DNA of 64,000 nucleotides from a virus (Duplodnaviria; Caudoviricetes): IMG/VR virus record IMGVR_UViG_3300005264_000006, positions 1,831 to 65,830 of that record; one strand, 5' to 3'. Shown piece by piece: positions 57,281 to 64,000 of this stretch (position 1 is its first letter; each line of letters starts with the position of its first letter). The notes under the pieces were generated by a model. It saw only the letters and a program-made list of their open reading frames with translations, ran no database searches and was not told where the DNA came from. The position numbers and the translations under genes were made by a program.

Positions 57281-57464
57281 CTAATTCTCCCTCTAAACTT
57301 TCTGTATAAGTTAAAATTCCTACTAATTCTTCAACTTGAATTAGAGAACCTTCTAAAACTTCCACCTGTTCTATTATTCCCGTTAAATATGTTACCAATT
57401 GTAAATCTCCTCCAACCCCTCCTCTCCAACCTCTGGTTGCTTTTCTTAATGTAATGAATGGCAT
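57273..57464 (-). CDS. Small hypothetical virion-associated protein
   Basis: 10-aa repeats LTGIIEQVEV / LEGSLIQVEE / LVGILTYTES / LEGEL. Confidence 0.55.
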   Translation of the reverse strand: MPFITLRKATRGWRGGVGGDLQLVTYLTGIIEQVEVLEGSLIQVEELVGILTYTESLEGELDD

Positions 57465-57595
57465 TTAAATTTCCTCCAACTTATCTCCTTCTTATTTCCA
57501 TTTCCATCTTGTGTATAGAATTTCATTGTTCTTCCATGCCAATTCTTGTTCTTCCTATCCTTCTTACTAACTAATTCTTCTCCTTGATAAGCCAT
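57446..57595 (-). CDS. 49-aa mini-ORF
   Basis: ATG directly after the upstream stop; fills the gap; below the ORF-track cutoff. Confidence 0.35.
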   Translation of the reverse strand: MAYQGEELVSKKDRKNKNWHGRTMKFYTQDGNGNKKEISWRKFKCHSLH

Positions 57596-58795
57596 TTAAT
57601 CACTTTGTTTTACAAAATATGGGTCGGTATCACCTAAATTTTTATACCATAAATATAACGATTGTTGTTCCACACCGGAAACTGTCCAATCCGGATCACC
57701 TGTTTTCTTATAATAAAAATTTATATGGTCAACAACTCCGGATGCGACATTTCTAGGTGCATAATCGGATAATGCTTCTATGAATTCATAAGCAACATTT
57801 CCTTCTTTTAGCATGTCTATTGTTTTCATAAGCACTCCGTAAGTACCGGGAGTCATGTGAGCTGTTAATAATTCATCCCACACAGCACTTGATATATCGT
57901 CTAAAGAATGTACGTGTTCTGCTCTAATTTCAAAATCATCGCCGTTTGCGGGTGCTTGCGGTAATGCTTTTACCAAATGAATATTTTTTGTTGTTGAATC
58001 GTAATGGGATATTATTCTTACGATTCCTTCTAAATCTCCGCTTGTAAAATATATATATTGGTCGTCATAAAATCCATCAATTGTTTGGGTTAGGTCTGTT
58101 ATGAAATCTGTTGTTGTAGGAGATGGATCGTTAATTTCTCCTATTTGAATTTCACCTAAAGATCTTAATCTTCTTCCTGATGAATATTTAATGTTATGGG
58201 TTACTGCTGTTAACGGTTCGTCCCATATTTTATCTACCAATGCATCTTCATCAATACCGCTTGCTTTATAATCATTAATATTTTCCGATGGAACTAATTT
58301 TTGATTTTTAGCTCCGAAAGTATTCGGAGTATTATGACTTCCTATTGTTTGATCCCATACTAATCCTGCTATTTCAGTTTTATCTTCAGGAAGAACCGCA
58401 CTCCCAACCTCAACTGTTTGTGTTAGTGGTGAAGTATCAAATCTTACAAAAACATTACAATTACCGGATGGTTTTACATGTATCGGTTTATTTACATCGG
58501 CGGGATATAAATTTCCGTTAATTGTTAATTCGTAATCACCGCACCATGGAACTATTCTCCAACCTTGAACACCGGAAGCAACATCTTGATTCTGAAACAT
58601 GTAGTAGTCTCCGGCTAATCTACCCCCTCCAAGTGCATTACCTCCAAAAGTCTCAAACATCGGATGAAACATGACACCCGAACCGGATTTGACCCATTCT
58701 TTCCAATTGGAGTATAAATCAACCTGACAGTCAATTTCAACAACACCGGTTGCGACACGAACGTGATAATTTTGTCCATCAAATATTGCTTTCAT
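57596..58795 (-). CDS. Putative virion structural protein
   Basis: DLYSNWKEW; three IAGLVWD/IWDE/VWDE repeats. Confidence 0.6.
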   Translation of the reverse strand: MKAIFDGQNYHVRVATGVVEIDCQVDLYSNWKEWVKSGSGVMFHPMFETFGGNALGGGRLAGDYYMFQNQDVASGVQGWRIVPWCGDYELTINGNLYPADVNKPIHVKPSGNCNVFVRFDTSPLTQTVEVGSAVLPEDKTEIAGLVWDQTIGSHNTPNTFGAKNQKLVPSENINDYKASGIDEDALVDKIWDEPLTAVTHNIKYSSGRRLRSLGEIQIGEINDPSPTTTDFITDLTQTIDGFYDDQYIYFTSGDLEGIVRIISHYDSTTKNIHLVKALPQAPANGDDFEIRAEHVHSLDDISSAVWDELLTAHMTPGTYGVLMKTIDMLKEGNVAYEFIEALSDYAPRNVASGVVDHINFYYKKTGDPDWTVSGVEQQSLYLWYKNLGDTDPYFVKQSD

Positions 58796-59151
58796 AATTT
58801 CTGACCTGTAAATGCGGTTGGTTCATGTATGATAATTCCTTTCTTCTTCCAATATTCACTAAATTTTCCTCCTGCTCTAACCCATTCATTAACACCTACA
58901 GTCATAAGAGGAAATTGTGGATGAACATCCCATAAAAAAGTAAAGTTCTCCCACGTCATTAATTCACCATTAATATACCTGAATTGTTTCTCAAAAATAA
59001 TACGGAGCCCTGGGGCTCGTTTCTCGAAATATTTATCATAAATTCTATTACCTCTAATACGATGAAGAATTTTTCTTACATCTCTTCTGGTCATCGAGCC
59101 AAGTTGTATTTCGTTTGTTACTAATTCCATGGAATCTATAACATTCATCAT
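58792..59151 (-). CDS. Hypothetical protein
   Basis: GGTGA RBS; 119 aa. Confidence 0.55.
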   Translation of the reverse strand: MMNVIDSMELVTNEIQLGSMTRRDVRKILHRIRGNRIYDKYFEKRAPGLRIIFEKQFRYINGELMTWENFTFLWDVHPQFPLMTVGVNEWVRAGGKFSEYWKKKGIIIHEPTAFTGQKL

Positions 59152-59156
59152 ATCAC

Positions 59157-60470
59157 CTAAGGATTGCTATAGTTCCTCTCTAATGTTGATACTAACGAAA
59201 AGTTATTTGTCTTGCTTCTTTCTATGGTTCCAGTTGTCTTTACAAATGCTGCTGTTTCTAATCCAATAGCTACAATTGTTATCGGTGCATCTTCTTCTGC
59301 GGATGCTGCACCTCGTTGAGTATTGCCGTCATAATCATAATCAAATGATTTAGAGGATGAACCACCAACATCTCCTTTAATTTCTACTGATGAGTTATCT
59401 TGAACTATTATTGCGTCTTTAGTTCCGTAGTCTCTTCCTAGATCGTCTCCTGCGTCGTCATTAGTAAAGAACATCCAATATTTAGCATTAGCGTCATTTT
59501 GCAGGTTGTTGTTAAACAAAATGTTTCCTGCTGCTATATATTTTTCAGTTCTTGTATTTTCCGTTGCGTCGGTATAAGTTATATTGTTTGCATCGGCTGA
59601 ATTCAAATCATCAATAATCATGTCATACGTGATTGCCGTAGGATAAGAATAAGACATTAGAATGTCTGTTATGTCTCCTCTACTAACTTCGGGACCATGG
59701 TCTATATCGGTTGTTTGTCTTAATTGATGTTGACAATATTGATATAAATCTCCTAAAGTTGCATCATTTCCAAGTAATCTCCATTTAAATCCATAAACAA
59801 CGGAATTTATTGTTCTTCTGAATCCCCGATACACGCTCTTAGTACAAGATACAGGACCTTCTGCCGTTAAGCTATCCGTGGCTACTAGCGTCATTGTAGT
59901 TGTTCCGGGCGTTGCTACCGTGTAAGAACCATCATTATTAGCTGTACCGGAAATGATAATTATATCACCAGCTTCAACTCCATCGGATGACCAATCACCG
60001 GAAGCTCTGGTAATCGTGTCAGGATCATCATTAGCAAATGTTAAATTACCGGTTGATGATAATGAAATTTCATCCCATCTGTACTGTAAATACATTCCGG
60101 GTTCCACGATGTAGAAATCTATGTTACTAACCGAAGTAAAACTCTTGTCAGAAGTATTCAAGGTTAGTTGCGTGTCAGTATCTTGACTCACAACTTTATA
60201 AACTCCCCTATGGTCGCTACCATCTTCAACGATTATGACCATATCATCTGCATTCACAACACCGCTAAAACCACCAGTTACGGAAGTTAGTGTTCCGGTG
60301 TCGCCATCAACATTAGCTAATTGACCGTCGGTTCCGGGAGTTTCAGCATCATAAAGAATGAACCTGGTATAAATCGTCCAAGTTAATCCGGTATCTCCCG
60401 AAAATTGTCCTCCGCTTAATTCCCATGTATCGACCGTTAATTGAGTGTCCGAATCTACCGAAGTGACCAT
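59157..60470 (-). CDS. Virion structural protein, probable C-terminal part of a split gene; ends RNYSNP
   Basis: Begins in mid-repeat (VTSVDSDTQLTV); AGDIIIISGTANNDGSYTV domain. Confidence 0.6.
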   Translation of the reverse strand: MVTSVDSDTQLTVDTWELSGGQFSGDTGLTWTIYTRFILYDAETPGTDGQLANVDGDTGTLTSVTGGFSGVVNADDMVIIVEDGSDHRGVYKVVSQDTDTQLTLNTSDKSFTSVSNIDFYIVEPGMYLQYRWDEISLSSTGNLTFANDDPDTITRASGDWSSDGVEAGDIIIISGTANNDGSYTVATPGTTTMTLVATDSLTAEGPVSCTKSVYRGFRRTINSVVYGFKWRLLGNDATLGDLYQYCQHQLRQTTDIDHGPEVSRGDITDILMSYSYPTAITYDMIIDDLNSADANNITYTDATENTRTEKYIAAGNILFNNNLQNDANAKYWMFFTNDDAGDDLGRDYGTKDAIIVQDNSSVEIKGDVGGSSSKSFDYDYDGNTQRGAASAEEDAPITIVAIGLETAAFVKTTGTIERSKTNNFSLVSTLERNYSNP

Positions 60471-61291
60471 TCCTGTTCACTATTCAGATCATAAGAAGAA
60501 TATGTCTTGTATTTTTTTCTAAGAAATGCCTTGAAATAAGTTCTACGATTATCTAGTGGTTCCCATATTTTGACCGATTCGTTTATTTTTCCCGTAAATT
60601 CAAAATCAATGGGAGCCGTTTGCGTGCTGTATTGTTGATAGTATGGTTGTGCATCGGAATCCATGTCTCCTAGTGAACCCATTCCTGCCCAAGATTCTAC
60701 TAAACCACCGGTGGAGTTTTTAGAATCCCATCCACCATCTCTTATTTTTTTCTTGGTATAATAATTGAAGAATTCCCAATCCCAATTATCATCTCCGCCT
60801 CCGAGTTCTGCTTGTTTAGGCGTGATCATTTCATGCGGAAACCAATAATTAATTAAATTATCTCCGCCGTATTGTTCGGAATCGGTTCTCCATTCCAATT
60901 TTTCAAATGAATAAAGACATTGTTCTGTAACACCATCTGTTACACTGCCTCCGGTTGGTTCTCTTACTTCAAACCAAATCCCAGTTTCTGCTACATCTAC
61001 GACATAACCTGTAATTGTGATTCCGGTTTCACTATTAACACTCCCAATTTTATGATGTGCCGCCTGTTCTTTATTAAATACTAAGAGAATGTCTCCTGCT
61101 TGGGCACCCCAACTTGTGAATGTTGCAGTTGCTGATGTGAAAGCATTATTAACCGGCCAGAATCTTCCGTCAATTCCGGAAGCTCCTGCTCCAACCGCAT
61201 TTCCAACCGGCCAAATTGAAATTTCTCGACTTTCTGTACCAAATATTATTTGTTTTCTATCCAGATTATCTGGATCGGTTACTTTTGCCAT
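60455..61291 (-). CDS. Virion structural protein, probable N-terminal part of a split gene
   Basis: MAKVTDPDNL, DGVTEQCLYSF.K..W; ends abruptly at YDLNSEQEWSLR. Confidence 0.6.
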   Translation of the reverse strand: MAKVTDPDNLDRKQIIFGTESREISIWPVGNAVGAGASGIDGRFWPVNNAFTSATATFTSWGAQAGDILLVFNKEQAAHHKIGSVNSETGITITGYVVDVAETGIWFEVREPTGGSVTDGVTEQCLYSFEKLEWRTDSEQYGGDNLINYWFPHEMITPKQAELGGGDDNWDWEFFNYYTKKKIRDGGWDSKNSTGGLVESWAGMGSLGDMDSDAQPYYQQYSTQTAPIDFEFTGKINESVKIWEPLDNRRTYFKAFLRKKYKTYSSYDLNSEQEWSLR

Positions 61292-61303
61292 TTTTTAACC
61301 TCT

Positions 61304-62851
61304 TTAAGGGTTTGAATAATTTCTATCCTGCGATTGAAACACAGGAATAGTTTGATCCGAATTGGATAATGTTGCACCAAAACGGATGTACTCGTAATCT
61401 ATATGAAGAACAACCGCCCATATTTCTATGTCCCCTGTCCAATTATAGTCGTATTGATAAACGGTACCCGAGTTTTCGGTACCATCTATTTCAGAATTGT
61501 CGCTTTTCTTAATTAAACGAACTTCTGAATTTGATTTTAAATTAGTAATTTTAAGAGTGACCGCAGCAACGATAGACACCGAACTTCCTCCTCCTGTTAT
61601 TTCATAAGTGCTAGGTGCATTTGAAGGAGTTAAAGTAACATTTATTGTTAATTCTCCGGTCGTTGAAAATTCAATATCATAGGTGCAATTGATGTATTGA
61701 TTGGCTATTGAACTGTAAGTTCCTGCCGAATAATCGGTTCCGTGATTACAGTTTATGAAATTACAATAAGAAAGATGATGTGAAGTTGAAGTTATAACGC
61801 AACCCGCATCGTTAGCCGAAATGAAACTGCAAAATTTTGTTAAACAGGTGTTCACGTAAATGTCTCCGCAGGATTCAAACGTGCAGTTTAAAACTTCCAC
61901 GTTTGTTGCATTAGCCGGAAAATTAATCGTTGAAGCATCTAAAATGGAACATCCGTATAACTTAAAATTGTCAACGTTTGTATTGTCGCCATCTATGTAG
62001 AATTTGGATGTTTGTGCCGTGTCTTGCACTCGAATATTACAACCAGAAACTCCCGCTACTCCTGCTTTGGTTCCCAAAATAAATTCTGTTGTTCCGGTAC
62101 CGTTGTCTACAATATTAATGCCCATTAATCCGGATTTTATGTTGTCATAACTTCCAATTTTTCTGTTTTCAAATACAAGAGTATCCGCTTGTGCATTAAA
62201 TTTACAAGAGTTGGTTCCGGCAGAATCACCAATTTGTATGACGCCGGTTGTGAAAAAGATTCCTCCGATTTTTCTTATTAATCCCCAGCCGTTGTCCGTG
62301 TTTTCGTCAATTGCTAAAATGTCATCGAAATCAAAATAATCGCCATTGTCTCCGTAAGAAATTAGACCGTCTCCGGCGTATATATGGTCAATCCAGGTGT
62401 TCTGGGAGTTTTTTGCGTTTGCTGTATGTACTATTCTAATTCCTATTGTGGTTATCGATGTTAGAGTTGGTGCTGAACCGGCGTTGGGACTTCGAGTACA
62501 ATCGAGTACTATTGGGTACCAACCTCCCGGATATGTGTCACTTCCGCCCACATAATAATAACCCGTATTTGAACCGTCGGATAAGTAAACCTGAATTCCC
62601 CCGTTAGATTCGGTTTGTAATTCTTTTAGAGCTACCGTCATAAACCAGAATCGTAGATGAGAGTTGGATAAATCTTCCGTAACTGAAATATAAAAATCAT
62701 TGTTTCCGGTTCCTCTTACTGTAAATCCCACGCATTGAGAACCTCTCTTGTAAAAATCCGAAACATCGGAAGGAGTTTCTCCTGTCCAGTCAGATGCGTT
62801 TTCGCAAAGGTTGATTTGGTTGTAGTTTTTACAGGAAACAGTCACTGCCAT
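61304..62851 (-). CDS. Virion structural protein with beta-helix region; ends RNYSNP
   Basis: Repeats NCTFESC / FCSFIS / YCNFINC; GGSDTYPGGW. Confidence 0.6.
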   Translation of the reverse strand: MAVTVSCKNYNQINLCENASDWTGETPSDVSDFYKRGSQCVGFTVRGTGNNDFYISVTEDLSNSHLRFWFMTVALKELQTESNGGIQVYLSDGSNTGYYYVGGSDTYPGGWYPIVLDCTRSPNAGSAPTLTSITTIGIRIVHTANAKNSQNTWIDHIYAGDGLISYGDNGDYFDFDDILAIDENTDNGWGLIRKIGGIFFTTGVIQIGDSAGTNSCKFNAQADTLVFENRKIGSYDNIKSGLMGINIVDNGTGTTEFILGTKAGVAGVSGCNIRVQDTAQTSKFYIDGDNTNVDNFKLYGCSILDASTINFPANATNVEVLNCTFESCGDIYVNTCLTKFCSFISANDAGCVITSTSHHLSYCNFINCNHGTDYSAGTYSSIANQYINCTYDIEFSTTGELTINVTLTPSNAPSTYEITGGGSSVSIVAAVTLKITNLKSNSEVRLIKKSDNSEIDGTENSGTVYQYDYNWTGDIEIWAVVLHIDYEYIRFGATLSNSDQTIPVFQSQDRNYSNP

Positions 62852-63012
62852 TCTTCATCTTCCTCTTTTATCTGATTGTAATAATCTAAATTGTAATCTA
62901 TAATAAGAGAATGCGTTAGATGTTTTAGAATCCATTGATATGTTTCTTCGTGGTCGGTCCATACTTTTTTTTCCTTGCATTTAAAACACAAAAAGACTGG
63001 TTCTATGGGGAT
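62842..63012 (-). CDS. Small Zn-ribbon protein (about 56 aa) with non-AUG start
   Basis: GGTGA followed by ATC/ATA; FLCFKCKE...HLTH; stop overlaps the next ATG. Confidence 0.5.
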   Translation of the reverse strand: MPIEPVFLCFKCKEKKVWTDHEETYQWILKHLTHSLIIDYNLDYYNQIKEEDEEWQ

Positions 63013-63257
63013 TCACCCGGTTTTATGATTCTACCGTCTATTCTATCTATAAAATAATAACCGCAAGTTTTAAAAATGATCGGCGGTAATTGAGGAAATG
63101 TCTTGCATTTATTTGGTCTATATTTGCTGTTGTGAATGAGACAAGTCGCTTTTCCATTAGTAAATTTAAGGTATTGACAATTTTCGTTGAGACAACATGC
63201 ACCGCAACGCCTGCATTCTCCCTTGCGAATGTAACGGGGAGTCTTGCCGCTAATCAT
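63003..63257 (-). CDS. YkgJ-like CxxCxxCC Fe-S/Zn cluster protein
   Basis: CRRCGACC..CQYL..CLIH..RPNKCKTFP; own ATG at 63257. Confidence 0.75.
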   Translation of the reverse strand: MISGKTPRYIRKGECRRCGACCLNENCQYLKFTNGKATCLIHNSKYRPNKCKTFPQLPPIIFKTCGYYFIDRIDGRIIKPGESP

Positions 63258-63569
63258 GTTTATAATCTTCTCGACTTGCATCACGATTCTTTTTCCAATT
63301 TTCCAGGGCTTCTTCAAACTTTTCGGGTCATTTTTCGTGAGGCGGGATTCTCTAATCCAGGCTAAAAGCTGAGGATTAACATGTGTTCTTTGACCGATAA
63401 TCTTGCCTTTTCCATCCTTGATTTCTTCGACTCTGGTGTCCTTTAGCAATTTTTCTATGACGTCATTGACAATATCATAACCCTTTTTCATCTCCCGTGC
63501 AACATCGAAAGACAGGGTTGGCTGTTCATCGTACAAAGTTAATGATTTTTCTTCCGTTTTTTGCGACAT
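63250..63569 (-). pseudogene. Small-terminase-like gene with apparent frameshift/deletion near 63327
   Basis: First gene after the promoter; VNPQLLAWIRESRL; another frame gives PEKFEEALENWKK...KHD-stop overlapping ATG 63257. Confidence 0.4.
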
Positions 63570-63582
63570 CTCTAATAGTATG

Positions 63583-63603
63583 TTGATTTAAAGGTTTATA
63601 AAG
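63583..63603 (-). promoter_or_regulatory. Putative late promoter at the start of the structural arm
   Basis: Minus strand reads ctttataaacctttaaatcaa, 13 nt upstream of ATG 63569. Confidence 0.7.
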
Positions 63604-64000
63604 GTTTAGTTTATGAAAAGGTGAATTAGTTTCAAATTCCATCGAACTTGATCCTTGTTTTCGCGTAGTTGGGAGCCTTTAGTTCAAAAAAAGGTAAATA
63701 AGTACCTAAAAAAATAAGAGAACGAAGCTCTAACTCATCGTTTCATGTAAAGGTTAATTAATTTATATAAACGTTGATGGGGTTTTACCTATAAGGGTGT
63801 ATATGGTATTTGAAATTGATAAATAAAAAAGTAAAGTAATATCTAAAAAAATTTCCGGCGTGTTAAGGTGGTGTCGCCGCCAATTCGCAAAAAAAAGCAT
63901 TCTTTTTCTACAGGATTTAATTTACAAAAAAAAATAGAGAAGAGTTTTGTTATTTCTTTCTTCTAATTGACCAAGTTTTTAATTCGGGCTTGGTCGTTGT

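Noticed and set aside
63850-63890. tRNA gene in the GC-rich patch
   Set aside because: No cloverleaf or T-loop consensus; no tRNA or rRNA recognised in the window.

Overview
AT-rich segment of a tailed dsDNA virus (Caudoviricetes, myovirus-type: sheath, tube, baseplate J) whose host is most likely archaeal. The evidence is a family B polymerase, a fused PriS-PriL primase, an ERCC4-like nuclease, GGTGA ribosome-binding sites, TATA-box promoters and a bulge-helix-bulge intron. There are two convergent arms. The + strand (1-21.8 kb) carries replication, DNA modification, sulfation and glycosylation genes, three inteins and a solo TnpB. The - strand (63.6-22.1 kb) carries packaging, head, tail, baseplate and fibre genes plus a glycan-modification cluster. 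Main discoveries: (1) five unrelated early proteins (PolB, C5-MTase, radical SAM, Dam-type MTase, a clamp-like protein) end in the same peptide, hydrophobic-x-[N/D]-DMEL-stop, a candidate docking tag for a replication/DNA-modification complex; (2) a canonical 31-nt bulge-helix-bulge intron interrupts a glycosyltransferase gene, and its removal exactly restores the reading frame; (3) a PAPS/sulfotransferase/glycosyltransferase system accompanies Ser/Thr-Gly-rich virion proteins; (4) CCGG is locally very frequent; (5) several genes look internally deleted. All functional calls come from motif recognition by eye; no database search was run.
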